Assembly (NCBI GenBank): GCA_965197645.1
Contig: OZ240219.1
Location: forward strand, 1,024,001 to 1,088,000
Source: Dehalococcoidia bacterium
GTDB lineage: Bacteria > Chloroflexota > Dehalococcoidia > Plut-88900
Length of the DNA: 64,000 nt
Direction: 5' to 3'
In this document: piece by piece, positions 27,879 through 38,083 of the stretch
Position numbering within the stretch: the stretch's first letter is position 1
Layout: each line of letters starts with the position of its first letter
The notes under the pieces: generated by a model
What the model was told of the DNA's origin: nothing
The model's database searches: none
Seen by the model: only the letters and a program-made list of their open reading frames with translations
Made by a program: the position numbers and the translations under genes

Positions 27879-29303
27879 CTACGAAACGGGAGGGCGCTTG
27901 TCGGCCCAGGGATAGGCCTTCTCGTAAGCCGCCGAGGCCCGGAGCACGGTGGCTTCGTCCCCCTTGGCGCCGATGATGTGCAGGCCCACGGGCAACCCGT
28001 CGGAGTCGAAGCCGCAGGGCACGCTGGACGCCGGCTGTCCGCTCATGTTGATAGGGAAGGTGAAGGGCAGGAAGCCGAACATCGGGTCGACCCTCTGGCC
28101 GGCGATTGTCTCCGGCCGGTCGCCGATGGTCCAAGCGACGGTGGGCATGGTGGGCGATAGAAGCAAATCGTACTTCTGCAGCAGCTCGCCGAGCTTGATC
28201 TGGACCAAGTGCACACCCATCAGCGCCTGGGCGTAGTCGGCGGCGGACCGGCTTCGGCCGTGCTCCATGGAGTATCTGCCGTAGGAAGTCAGCTCCTCGA
28301 TGTTCTCCTCAAGCAAGAACCCGTAGGAGTTGAAGGCGGTGCTGCTAAAGATAGTCCAGAAGTGGCGCCACGGGTTCTCCAGGCCGATGTCCACCTCCTC
28401 GACCGTCGCTCCCAGCTCCTGAAACCTCTCGGCGGCAGCCTCGGTGATGCGTGCGACCTCGGCATCGACAGTAGCGTACCCGTAGTCGGGCGTCCACCCC
28501 AGCTTCATCCCTTCCACCCCATCGTCGAGACGGGAGACGAAGTCGGGCACCTCATCTTTGAGGGAGGTTGGGTCCCGGGGATCGTGGCCCGCTAGGACCT
28601 GAAGCATGATGGCCGCGTCCCTGACGTTGCCGGTCATAGGCCCCGATTGGGATGTCAGATTGGCCGCAGGAGCGCCGCGCCCGACACTGCCGTAGCGAGG
28701 CACCCTCAGTTGGGTGGGTTTGATGCCGAAGACGCTGCAGTAACTGGATGGAATGCGTATGGAGCCTCCGCCATCGCTGCCACTGGCCAGAGAACACAGG
28801 CCCGCGGCCATGGCCGCTCCCGCGCCGCCGCTGGACCCGCCGCTGGTTCGATCAGTGTGCCACGGGTTTCGACAGGGATCGCCCAGCCGATTTTCCGTCG
28901 AGCCCGAAAGTCCGAACTCCGGCGTGTTGGTCTTGCCCAGAATTATCCCCCCGGCCTTGCGTATCCGCTCCACCACTACCGAGTCCTCGTCGGGGACGTG
29001 GTCCTTAAACACCGCGCAGCCGATGGTGCTGCGGATGCCCTTGGAGAACTCCAGGTCTTTGATGGAGGTGGGCACGCCCTGCAACGGGCCCAGGTCCTCG
29101 CCCCGGGCCACCGCCTCGTCCACCCTCTTGGCATCGGCCCGTGCCTCATCGGCGGAGACGGTGAGGTAGGCGTTCAGCTTCGGGTTGAGGTCTTCGATCC
29201 GGTTGAGAAACAGGTCCGTAATCTCGGTTGCCGATACCTCTTTGGACGCGATTAACTCCCGCACGCGCCACGCCGGAGCAAAGGCCAGATCATTGTCGCT
29301 CAT
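27879..29303 (-). CDS. Amidase signature family enzyme
   Basis: GVPTSIKDL, GKTNTPEFG, GGSSGG, GSDGGGSIRIPS. Confidence 0.92.
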   Translation of the reverse strand: MSDNDLAFAPAWRVRELIASKEVSATEITDLFLNRIEDLNPKLNAYLTVSADEARADAKRVDEAVARGEDLGPLQGVPTSIKDLEFSKGIRSTIGCAVFKDHVPDEDSVVVERIRKAGGIILGKTNTPEFGLSGSTENRLGDPCRNPWHTDRTSGGSSGGAGAAMAAGLCSLASGSDGGGSIRIPSSYCSVFGIKPTQLRVPRYGSVGRGAPAANLTSQSGPMTGNVRDAAIMLQVLAGHDPRDPTSLKDEVPDFVSRLDDGVEGMKLGWTPDYGYATVDAEVARITEAAAERFQELGATVEEVDIGLENPWRHFWTIFSSTAFNSYGFLLEENIEELTSYGRYSMEHGRSRSAADYAQALMGVHLVQIKLGELLQKYDLLLSPTMPTVAWTIGDRPETIAGQRVDPMFGFLPFTFPINMSGQPASSVPCGFDSDGLPVGLHIIGAKGDEATVLRASAAYEKAYPWADKRPPVS

Positions 29304-29409
29304 TCAGTCCCTCCCAGGTTGTAGGTACGCTCCCAATCGCATTCTAAGGCATGCGGGGCGTTATTAGAAGGTGTGGCCCAGCTTCGCCGGGTACAGGATG
29401 GGGACGGGG

Positions 29410-30402
29410 CTAGGGTGCCAGTGCTCGGATCGCCTGCATAACCTGCTCTTTGGAGCTCTCACGAGGTGTGACGATAGGGAGGGTGATGCCGGCTTCTCGA
29501 TACTGTTCCAGCTGTTCCCGGCACTGTTCCACGGTACCCAGGACGGCCACGGTTTCCACCACCCTGTCCGGCACCAGCGTCGCCAGCTCTGCGCCCCGTT
29601 TACCGTCCAGATATGCCCGGCGAAGAGCTGCCGCCTCATCGGGGAAGCCGCTCTCAGCCAGGTGCCGGTTGTATCGAGGGAAGAATCCGCCGTAGAAACC
29701 CAGGGTGCTCTTGAGACTTTCGGTCTCCGGCGGGCCGTTTGTAGAGATGCTGACGGACATCAGACTGGCCACCTCCACGTCGCCGGGGTCCCGGCCCGCC
29801 TGCATGGCGCCCTCGGCCACCAGCCGGGCGGCGTTGCGAGCGTTGTCCAGGGTGGCCCAGGTCAGGATAGTGCCCTGGGAAATCTCGCCGCACAACCGGA
29901 GCATCTTGGGGAAGACGGCGGCCAGATAGATGGGTATCTCGCTTCGTAGAGGTCTGAACCAGAGATCGAACCTCTCGATATCGAATATCTCTCCCTTGTA
30001 GCCGGCCTCGCCATCCCGCAGGAGGGCCCGGATGATCTCTACCGACTCCTTCAGCCGCTGGACGGGCTTGGAGTACTCCAGGCCATGCTCGCCGACCACC
30101 TGGACCCGGTGGCTGGAGCCGAGGCCAAGGATGAACCGGCCGTTGGAGAAGTGGTCCACGCAGGCCGAACCCAGAGCTATGGTCGGGGCGCTCCGGACGA
30201 ATACGCTGGTGATGCTGGTGCCCAGCAGGATGTTCTTGGTACCCAGGGCGCAGGCCGTAAGGGTGGAGAAGGGGTCTCCGCCGTGTCCCTCGGATAGCCA
30301 AGCAGAGTGGTAGCCCAGATCGTCGGCCAGCTTGACGCACTCGACAACCTCCGGCGGGGTCATGCCACTGCCGCTGAGTCCCAGTCCTACTTTAGCGGGC
30401 AT
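29410..30402 (-). CDS. LLM class flavin-dependent oxidoreductase
   Basis: GYHSAWLSE, LGTSI, SNGRFILGLG, PIYLAA. Confidence 0.9.
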   Translation of the reverse strand: MPAKVGLGLSGSGMTPPEVVECVKLADDLGYHSAWLSEGHGGDPFSTLTACALGTKNILLGTSITSVFVRSAPTIALGSACVDHFSNGRFILGLGSSHRVQVVGEHGLEYSKPVQRLKESVEIIRALLRDGEAGYKGEIFDIERFDLWFRPLRSEIPIYLAAVFPKMLRLCGEISQGTILTWATLDNARNAARLVAEGAMQAGRDPGDVEVASLMSVSISTNGPPETESLKSTLGFYGGFFPRYNRHLAESGFPDEAAALRRAYLDGKRGAELATLVPDRVVETVAVLGTVEQCREQLEQYREAGITLPIVTPRESSKEQVMQAIRALAP

Positions 30403-30482
30403 CGGTTACTTCCTGGGTGGCCTTACTGCCACTGTGATCTACATCGTCAGCCTGGCGTTGCTGTTCACCCTGGTTGGTTAGC

Positions 30483-31151
30483 CTACCTTTTGGGCAGCTG
30501 GGGTAGTAACCAGGAGAGGAAGGCGTCCGAGCTGCGGGACTGAAGATAGATCTTGCCTGGTCCCGTAAGCTCAACCACCAGTCCCTCACCGCTGAACAGA
30601 GTGGACTTCAGTCCCCCTACACGGGTAACGCGATAATCGACGTTCTGGTCGAAGGCCACCATGTGCCCCGTATCGACGATGTAGGTCTCTCCGTGTTTCA
30701 GCTCCTTCTCGTGGATTGCGCCGTAGCTGGAGACGAACAGGTCGCCTCGACCCTGTACCCGGAGCAGGAACAGCCCCTCTTTGGAGAAGAAGGTCTTAGC
30801 CCCACCCCAGGTGGTATCGACATCGACGCTGGATGAGCAGGCCATATAGGACCCCGACTGGACCAGCAGGGTGTCATCGTTCATGTCCATGTGCGCGATG
30901 TCTCCGGGCAACGAGGGTGCGAGGGTAATCTCACCTGCTTCCTCGGCACGGAAGGTGTTGAGGAAGAAGCTCTCGCCACCCATGAAGGTCCTGGCAAGTC
31001 CGCCCAGGATACCGCCCCTGGTGTGGGTCTTGATGCTGATGTTGGGGGACATGCTGACCATCGCACCGGCCTCGGCCACTATCTCCTCGCTTCGATGCAG
31101 ATTGAGCACGGCCAGCGAGTAGGAAGGTTTGTAAAGGATGTCGTAGTCCAC
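30483..31151 (-). CDS. TIGR00266/AIM24 family protein
   Basis: AEAGAMVSM, GGESFFLNTF, EGLFLL, VDTGHMVAF, GPGKIYLQSR. Confidence 0.92.
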   Translation of the reverse strand: MDYDILYKPSYSLAVLNLHRSEEIVAEAGAMVSMSPNISIKTHTRGGILGGLARTFMGGESFFLNTFRAEEAGEITLAPSLPGDIAHMDMNDDTLLVQSGSYMACSSSVDVDTTWGGAKTFFSKEGLFLLRVQGRGDLFVSSYGAIHEKELKHGETYIVDTGHMVAFDQNVDYRVTRVGGLKSTLFSGEGLVVELTGPGKIYLQSRSSDAFLSWLLPQLPKR

Positions 31152-31200
31152 GCAGATGCCTCCTGTGTCGGCTAGTTGTCTCGAACGTTAATCTATTTTA

Positions 31201-31229
31201 AGGTTAGGATGCAGGGTAAAGGCTGTCAA
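31201..31229 (-). promoter_or_regulatory. Putative sigma70 promoter for the TIGR00266 gene
   Basis: TTGACA-17 nt-TAACCT on the minus strand, about 50 bp upstream of the start. Confidence 0.5.
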
Positions 31230-31411
31230 GGAGGCTGGGCTGTACCCCGTTCATGGCACAGCAACGCTCCGCCCTTATTGGAGGTCTCTTCCGATTGTAA
31301 ACTCAACAGAGCCTCTATCCTTCGGATAGCTATCCAATACCCCTGGTACAGTGGGCGCAGACGGTTGCCGCGCGTGGTACGATTTATCGTGCCTGGACAG
31401 AGGATGGAGTC

Positions 31412-31579
31412 ATGGCATACGATCTGACATTCGTAATCAACCCCGAAACCGAGTCCGCTTCCTTCGGCCTTCTAATCAAATCGCTGGAGGACATCAGTCG
31501 GCTACTGCGTGACGTAGATCGATCGATCTATGGCGCCAAGTCTCGAAACCAGTGGTTGGTTCGCAAGCTGCGAGTCTGA
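31412..31579 (+). pseudogene. Probable 5' fragment of a truncated gene (55 aa)
   Basis: GGAG RBS then MAYDLTFVINPETESASFGLLIKSLEDISRLLRDVDRSIYGAKSRNQWLVRKLRV*; protein-like but ends abruptly. Confidence 0.4.
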
Positions 31580-31618
31580 ACTATTGGATGTAGGGCAAAG
31601 GTAAGAGGGAGATTGGGA

Positions 31619-31975
31619 ATGGGAACATTCTCAGTGCACATCGGTGTGAGTGACGGAAACGGCGGGTCTATTCGATGGGTTGATGTGCTGGCAGACTCAG
31701 GCGCCACTTACACGGTATTGCCGGATTCCTTACTACGGGAGCTGATAGGGGTACAACCTCAAGAACACCTGAACTTCACCTTGGCCGACGGCAGACAGAA
31801 GCTGTTGCCGGTTGGAGAGGCACGCCTCTCGGTTGAGGACAGGGAGGCTACAAATCGGGTCGTGTTTGGAGAAGAGGGCCAATACTTACTTGGTGCTACT
31901 ACGCTCCAGGTGTTCGGATTGATTCCCGATACCACTAATCACAAATTGATCCCCGCCCCGAAACTGCTCATTTAG
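31619..31975 (+). CDS. Clan AA (retropepsin-like) aspartic protease
   Basis: MGTFSV, LADSGATYTVLP, LADGR, LLGATTLQ. Confidence 0.85.
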   Translation: MGTFSVHIGVSDGNGGSIRWVDVLADSGATYTVLPDSLLRELIGVQPQEHLNFTLADGRQKLLPVGEARLSVEDREATNRVVFGEEGQYLLGATTLQVFGLIPDTTNHKLIPAPKLLI

Positions 31976-32059
31976 CACACCGGCGGGCTCCCGTCTCAGA
32001 ATTTTACGTTTACTGGTCGGTCTACCCTAGCTCGGAAATCCACAGCAAAGGAGCGATCC

Positions 32060-32842
32060 ATGGCTGATCAGTCGGTCCTGTTCGAAAAGAAGGGCGGCAT
32101 CGGGACCATCACCCTGAACCGGCCAGACAAGCTCAACGCCATCAACTTCGAGATGATCGACAGTATCCTGGAGATCATCGAGGAAACGGCCGGGGACGAA
32201 ACAATACGAGTACTGGTGCTGAAGAGCGCGGGCCGGGCCTTCAGCGCCGGCGACGACCTGAAAGGCATGGGGCGTAGCTCTCGTAACATCCCAAAGGACT
32301 CACTGACCGAGCAGGAGGAAGGCCCCTTTCGGGTGGTGAAAGCGTTGAGGTATCTGATGAAGCCGGTGATAGCCTCGGTACACGGGTACGCCATGGCCGC
32401 GGCCTGTGAGCTGGTCCTGGCCTGCGACCTGATCATCGCCGCTGAGGATGCCCGGATCGGGGTTCCCTTCGTCCAACGAGGCCTGGCTTCGGGCACCTAC
32501 TTGATTCCCCTGACCGTGGGCTATCACAAGGCCTGCGAGCTGCTGTTCCTGGGCGATTGGATCACAGGCAAGGAGGCCGAACGCATCGGGATGATCAACC
32601 GGGCAGTCCCTACCGACGAGCTAGACCAAGAGGTCGGCAGGATGGCGGAAAGGCTTGCCAACTCGGCCACCCTGGCCATCGGGCACATGAAACGAGCGAT
32701 GAACAACGGCCCGCTGACGGACTTCGACGCCGGTTTTACGCTGGAGTCGCTGATGCACCTGCCGGTGATGAACAGCGAGGACGCTCAGGAGGGCCACCAG
32801 GCCTTCATCGAGAAGCGGGAACCCCGGTACAAGGGCCGGTAG
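32060..32842 (+). CDS. Enoyl-CoA hydratase/isomerase (crotonase) family
   Basis: LNRPDKLNA, AFSAGDDL, KPVIASVHG, AFIEKREP. Confidence 0.92.
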   Translation: MADQSVLFEKKGGIGTITLNRPDKLNAINFEMIDSILEIIEETAGDETIRVLVLKSAGRAFSAGDDLKGMGRSSRNIPKDSLTEQEEGPFRVVKALRYLMKPVIASVHGYAMAAACELVLACDLIIAAEDARIGVPFVQRGLASGTYLIPLTVGYHKACELLFLGDWITGKEAERIGMINRAVPTDELDQEVGRMAERLANSATLAIGHMKRAMNNGPLTDFDAGFTLESLMHLPVMNSEDAQEGHQAFIEKREPRYKGR

Positions 32843-32894
32843 GAGACCAGGCCGGCGTAGCGAAGGATCATCTAGTTGCTGCCGTTCGGCACAG

Positions 32895-33731
32895 CTACGA
32901 CTTGGGGGAATGCAGCGGGCTGACTCGCCCCTCCATCATCAGCTCTTCCAACAGATCGGCGACACCGTCCTCGGAGACCGGTCCGGCGATCATATCCGCC
33001 GCACCCTGGACCTCCGCCGAGCTGGCGGCCATGGCGACCCCCAGCCCCGCCCACCGGATCATATCGATGTCGTTGGGGCTGTCGCCCACGGCTACCGTCT
33101 CCTCCCTGCTCACCCCCAGAATGCGAGCCAGGTAGCTGAGGGCACTGCCTTTGTTCCCTTCGGGATGGCCCATCTCGCATAGGTGGTCGTATGTCCTGAC
33201 GATGGGCATCCTGGACCCAAAGGCGCCGTCTATCTGCCGTACTACCTCGGTCATGGCACACTCGTCGCCAACAGCCACCAGCTTCGTTGGGTCCTCCCCC
33301 AGGTGGCCAGCGAGGTCCCCAACCTCCTCGGCCGTTATCTCCAGCACCTCCTCGTACTCCACCACCCTTGGGGTGCGCTCCCGCACATAGAAGCGGTCCC
33401 GAACGAAGACGTAGGGCGCTACGCCCACCCGCTCCATAAGCCGGATAGCCTCGCGGGCCAGCTTGACGGGAATCGGCCTCTCCCAGATCACGTCCCGGCT
33501 GACGGGATCAGCGATCAGAGCGCCCTGAAAGGCAATTATGGGGATCGATAGGCCCAGGTGTGAGCTGAACCTGAGAGTGGAGGTGAACATGCGCCCGGTG
33601 GCGATGGTGACCTCGGCGCCCAACTCCCGGACCCGGCACACCGCCTCACTGGTCCTATCCGAAATGTCGACGCCGGCCCGCCTGTCGAAGAGAGTGCCAT
33701 CCAGATCGAAGGCGAACAGTTTGTATCCCAT
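32895..33731 (-). CDS. Cof-type HAD-IIB phosphatase
   Basis: FDLDGTL, IATGR, NKG, GDSPNDIDM. Confidence 0.92.
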   Translation of the reverse strand: MGYKLFAFDLDGTLFDRRAGVDISDRTSEAVCRVRELGAEVTIATGRMFTSTLRFSSHLGLSIPIIAFQGALIADPVSRDVIWERPIPVKLAREAIRLMERVGVAPYVFVRDRFYVRERTPRVVEYEEVLEITAEEVGDLAGHLGEDPTKLVAVGDECAMTEVVRQIDGAFGSRMPIVRTYDHLCEMGHPEGNKGSALSYLARILGVSREETVAVGDSPNDIDMIRWAGLGVAMAASSAEVQGAADMIAGPVSEDGVADLLEELMMEGRVSPLHSPKS

Positions 33732-33740
33732 CGGAGGTGA

Positions 33741-34760
33741 TCAGTCCGGCCGCTGAGAGGAGAAGAATCTGGCCAACTCATCCCTATCGAAGGTGGGCAT
33801 CTCCCTCTCTCCCGTTGCCGTCAGGAGCGTTCGACCATCCGAGGCGTGGACCACCTCGCCGATGTCGTAGGCGCTGATTCCCTTGGCCTCCATGCCCCGG
33901 AGCAGCGGGCGCGCCTCTTTCTCCGGAACGGTCATCACCAGCGCCCCCGACGCCAGTAGTCCCAACGGGTCCAATGCCAGGGCATCGCAGAACTGCCGGG
34001 TCTGGGTCAAGACGGGTATCTTGGTCTCGTTGATACGTATTCCCACTCCCGCGGCCACCGCTATCTCCTGTAGGCCGGTGATCAGGCCTCCTTCGGTCGG
34101 GTCGTGCATGCAATGGACCGTGGCCGAGGCCCTCGCCGTGTTGGCGTCGGCCACCACGCTTATACCCGGGTCGTACAAGTACTCCCGCGCCTGCTCGATT
34201 GTCTCTCGCGTCACGCCCCGGCGTATCAGAGCATCGGAAGCATCTCTCGCCAGCACGGAGGTGCCCTCTATGGCGATCCCCTTGGTGAGTATGATCCGGT
34301 CGCCCGGTTCGGCGGCGCCCGTGGCCGTAATATCGGACTTGCGAGCCTCGCCCAGCATCATCCCTACGATAATGGGCCGCTCCAGGTCGTAGGTGATCTC
34401 CGTATGCCCGCCGATTAGAGTAACCCCCAACGCCCGGCAGGCGTCCGTAATCTGGCCGAATATCGTGGCGATCTGCTCGCTGGTCACCGATTCGGGTGCC
34501 AGCAGCGTAGCCAGGAACCATCTAGGCGTCGCTCCGCTGGCTGCAACGTCGTTGGCGTTGACGTGGACTGCGTACCAGCCGATTTCGCCGGTGGCGAAGG
34601 TTATCGGGTCGGTCTTTGCCACCAACACCCTATCGTCCCCCATGTCCAGCACGGCGGCATCCTCACCAACTCCCGGGCCGATCAGCACGCGGCTGTCCTC
34701 GGTACGGACCTTGGCCAGGAGCTCCGCCAGCAGCTCGGGTGGCAGCTTTCCTACTTCCAT
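33741..34760 (-). CDS. AIR synthase-related (PurM/HypE/SelD fold) protein
   Basis: GKLPP, GPGVGEDAAV, TDPIT, NANDVA, GGHTE, MHDPTEGG. Confidence 0.88.
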   Translation of the reverse strand: MEVGKLPPELLAELLAKVRTEDSRVLIGPGVGEDAAVLDMGDDRVLVAKTDPITFATGEIGWYAVHVNANDVAASGATPRWFLATLLAPESVTSEQIATIFGQITDACRALGVTLIGGHTEITYDLERPIIVGMMLGEARKSDITATGAAEPGDRIILTKGIAIEGTSVLARDASDALIRRGVTRETIEQAREYLYDPGISVVADANTARASATVHCMHDPTEGGLITGLQEIAVAAGVGIRINETKIPVLTQTRQFCDALALDPLGLLASGALVMTVPEKEARPLLRGMEAKGISAYDIGEVVHASDGRTLLTATGEREMPTFDRDELARFFSSQRPD

Positions 34761-37040
34761 CTAAACGAAGGGCGATGGGCGGTCGGCCGTACGAGGGTTT
34801 CGTATCGCTGCCTGTGCCGCCATCAGCTTGGCGACCGGTATCCGATAGGGGCTGCAGCTGACGTAGGTGACACCGATATCGTGGAAGAAGCTTACGGACC
34901 TGGGCTCGCCGGCGTGCTCACCGCAGACGCCGATCTCCAGGCTGGGCTCCTCAAGCCTGGCCCAGTGGATGGCCGTCTCCATAAGCCGGCCCACGCCTTT
35001 GACGTCTATGACCTCGAAGGGGTTGTCGTCGAGGAGCTTGTCGTCGAGATAGGTGGACAGAAACTTCTTCTCGGCGTCCTCTCTGCTGAAAGAGTAGACT
35101 GCCTGGGTCAGATCGTTGGTGCCGAAGGAGAAGAAACCGGCCTCCTGGGCCAGCTTGCCTGCCCTCATGCACGCCCTGACAGTCTCCATCATCACTCCCA
35201 CCCTCAGTCCCTGGGCTTCGATGTGACGCTTGACCCATAACAGCTCCTGGAGGGTGATCACCTGGGGGACCATGACGTTTACGTTGGCCTGCACCTCGGC
35301 CATCGCCTCGGATATCGCTTCCACCTGCATGAGATAGATATCCGGCGCCGTTACCGCCACGCGTACTCCCCGATGCCCCAGCATGGGGTTTATCTCCTTA
35401 AGCTCTTCGAGCCTTTTGCTCAACGCCCGGTCCGACGATTCTCCGTCTTGGGGCAGGAACTCGTGAAGAGGCAGGTCCAGTAGTCGTATGATCACCGGCA
35501 TCCCGGCCAGGGCGTGAAACAGGGCGACGAAGTCCTCTTTCTGGAGCCGCTTCAGGGCGGCGAGAGACTGCTCCCGCTCTTCGTCGGTATCGCTGAGTAT
35601 GAACCTCCTGATGGCTTTGAGCCGCTCGGCGCCGCTGAACTGGCGCTCGGTACGGCACAGGCCGATGCCCTGGGCCCCGTACCTACGGGCCAGCGCCACT
35701 CCTTCGGGAGTCTCGGCGTTACCCCAGACCCCCATCTCTTTGATATCATCGGCCCACTCCAGCAGCTGGGCCAGCTCCGGGGTGGCCTCGGCCTCCAGCA
35801 GGGGCAGGACACCGAGGTAGACGTTCCCGGAAGTACCGTCGATGGTAATCGAATCTCCTCTTTGAACCACCCGCTCCCCTACGGTGAACCGAGCCTTTTC
35901 CAAGTCCACCTTCATATCCTCGGCCCCGCATACGCAGGACTTTCCCATGGCCCTGGTGACGATGGCTGCGTGGGACGTCAGGCCGCCTTTGGAAGTCAGG
36001 ACTCCCTGCGCGGCGGCGATGCCTCGGATATCATCGGGGCTGGTCTCGGGCCGCACCAGGATGACCGCCTCGCCCCTCTTCGCCTCTACTACCGCCTCGT
36101 CCGGGTCGAACACCACGTTGCCGCTAATCGCTCCCGGCGCCGCGTTCAATCCCCGGGCGAGGGGCTCGTACCGCTCCGGCAAGCGGATCCGGTTGTGAAG
36201 CATGGCCCTCAGGTCATCGGGGCTGACCCGTGAAATGGCCTCTTCTCGAGCTATCAGTCCTTCGACCACCATGTCCACGGCTATCTTAATCGTCGCCGGG
36301 CCGCTGCGCTTTCCGGCCCTGGTCTGCAGCAGGTAAAGCCGGCCCGACTCCACCGTGAACTCCACGTCCTGCATATCCGTGAAGTGGCCCTCCAGCCTTC
36401 TCACCAACTCCTCCAGCTGGGTGTAGATCTCAGGTGACTGGGCCCGGAGGGAGTTGATGTTTTCGGGTGTGCGTACGCCCGAGACCAGGTCCTCGCCCTG
36501 GGCCTGTCTCAGGTACTCTCCGAATAGTCCCTTATCGCCGGTGTTGGGATTCCTGCTGAAGACAACCCCTGTTCCGGACTGGGGGTCCCTATCGCCCAGG
36601 ACCATGAGCTGGACCACCGCCGATGTGCCCAGATCTGCGGATATGCCGTTGAGCTCTCGGTACTCCCGGGCCCGAGAGCTGTTCCAGGAGGCGAAGACCT
36701 GGGCGATGCATTCCAGCATGTGCTCCCGGCTCTGCACGTTGAGGATGGTATCCATCATGCCCGGCATGGAGACGGGAGCAGAGGACCGAACCGACACCAG
36801 CAGTCCGTTACCGAAGTCTCTTCCTGTCTGATCGATCAGTCGCGAGAGGGCCTGGTCCATCTCCCCTTCGGGCAGCCGCCCCGTGCTCCGGTGCTCCTCG
36901 AACGATTCTATGGTGAATATGAAGCCCGGCGGCACGGGCAGGCCCAGCCCGTACATCGTGACCAGGTTGGCGCCCTTGTTCCCGAGCAGCTCCTTGTCCA
37001 CCACCCCATCTTCGAAGAGCACAACCCTCTTCATCTGCAT
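34761..37040 (-). CDS. ppdK: Pyruvate phosphate dikinase (compact, 759 aa)
   Basis: LGNKGANL, SVRSSAPVSMPGMMDTILN, AQGEDLVSG, GGLTSHAAIV (phospho-His), FSFGTNDLTQ, GVCGEH. Confidence 0.92.
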   Translation of the reverse strand: MQMKRVVLFEDGVVDKELLGNKGANLVTMYGLGLPVPPGFIFTIESFEEHRSTGRLPEGEMDQALSRLIDQTGRDFGNGLLVSVRSSAPVSMPGMMDTILNVQSREHMLECIAQVFASWNSSRAREYRELNGISADLGTSAVVQLMVLGDRDPQSGTGVVFSRNPNTGDKGLFGEYLRQAQGEDLVSGVRTPENINSLRAQSPEIYTQLEELVRRLEGHFTDMQDVEFTVESGRLYLLQTRAGKRSGPATIKIAVDMVVEGLIAREEAISRVSPDDLRAMLHNRIRLPERYEPLARGLNAAPGAISGNVVFDPDEAVVEAKRGEAVILVRPETSPDDIRGIAAAQGVLTSKGGLTSHAAIVTRAMGKSCVCGAEDMKVDLEKARFTVGERVVQRGDSITIDGTSGNVYLGVLPLLEAEATPELAQLLEWADDIKEMGVWGNAETPEGVALARRYGAQGIGLCRTERQFSGAERLKAIRRFILSDTDEEREQSLAALKRLQKEDFVALFHALAGMPVIIRLLDLPLHEFLPQDGESSDRALSKRLEELKEINPMLGHRGVRVAVTAPDIYLMQVEAISEAMAEVQANVNVMVPQVITLQELLWVKRHIEAQGLRVGVMMETVRACMRAGKLAQEAGFFSFGTNDLTQAVYSFSREDAEKKFLSTYLDDKLLDDNPFEVIDVKGVGRLMETAIHWARLEEPSLEIGVCGEHAGEPRSVSFFHDIGVTYVSCSPYRIPVAKLMAAQAAIRNPRTADRPSPFV

Positions 37041-37129
37041 TTCCTCAATTTATTGGTCCCCATACGCTCGGGCTCCTGTTGCCTAGGCTAGCACCGAGGT
37101 GTGAGGGGGTCAAATGATGCCGATGAGGG

Positions 37130-37945
37130 TCAGCCGGGTCTGAGACGTCGTGACGCCACCGCACGGACAGGCCGATACAACGCCTTGACGTGCAACGGTA
37201 TGCCCTTCCTGACCATGAAGGCGTTCAACAGGAAGGCTATAGTCATCACTGCGGCCCCACCTATCGCGTCCAGGAAGTAGTGGTTGGCCGTGATGACGAT
37301 GGCGAACAGGGTGAGGGACGGGTACAGGACGCCCAGCACCCTGAGCCATGTTATCCCGGTCCTGAAGTAGATGACCCCGAACAGCACCGTCCACCCAAAG
37401 TGGAGGCTGGGCATGGCTGCGAAGGCGTTGTAGAAGACCTGAGTCTCTCTGCTGTTGTACTCCGCGGGCCCCAGGAACTGGATCGTATCGATGAAGCCGG
37501 CGTAGCTAATCATGCGAGGTGGGGCTAGAGGGAAGACGGCAAACACCAGAAGCGCGATGACGTAGCTCAGCAGGGCCACGTTCCGGTAGTAGATGTATCT
37601 CTCGAAGTCCAGCTTGTAGATGACTATGGCCGAAGGGATGATTATCGGCCAGTAGGTGATTATGTAGCTCCAGTTGAAGAAGAGGACGGCATCCTTGGCC
37701 TTCTCCAGCAGCCACCGCTGGATCTCCCACTCCCAGAAAAGACCCAGAGAGGCCTCGAAGGAGATTATCTTCTCAGCATTCTCGAAAGCGATGACCTCCA
37801 CGTCCTGGAAGATCAGCTTCCTGGTGATCATGTAGAGAAAATAGGCGGTAACCATCAGCAGCGCCTCCCTAAGGAACCGTTGCCGGCTGATGGTAGCTGA
37901 GATCTTATGTACCGCTTCAGTCACGTCCGGCCTTGGACACGTCAA
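37130..37945 (-). CDS. PAP2-superfamily membrane protein (inositol-phosphorylceramide-synthase/Aur1-like)
   Basis: FPLAPPR, AAMPSLHFGW, TANHYFLDA; multiple hydrophobic helices. Confidence 0.88.
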   Translation of the reverse strand: MTCPRPDVTEAVHKISATISRQRFLREALLMVTAYFLYMITRKLIFQDVEVIAFENAEKIISFEASLGLFWEWEIQRWLLEKAKDAVLFFNWSYIITYWPIIIPSAIVIYKLDFERYIYYRNVALLSYVIALLVFAVFPLAPPRMISYAGFIDTIQFLGPAEYNSRETQVFYNAFAAMPSLHFGWTVLFGVIYFRTGITWLRVLGVLYPSLTLFAIVITANHYFLDAIGGAAVMTIAFLLNAFMVRKGIPLHVKALYRPVRAVASRRLRPG

Positions 37946-38083
37946 TGCCCCGAAACGACATTCTTACATCGCTTCGAGGCATCTGTATGCTCACTACTCT
38001 CCGCATCTTCCAGGACCCCGTCTGCAAGCGTCCACCTCACCAAATACTCTATGTTCTGCGCCGTGCTATGTCAACGTGATTTT

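Noticed and set aside
27879-29303. gatA
   Set aside because: Generic amidase signature only; no gatB or gatC adjacent.
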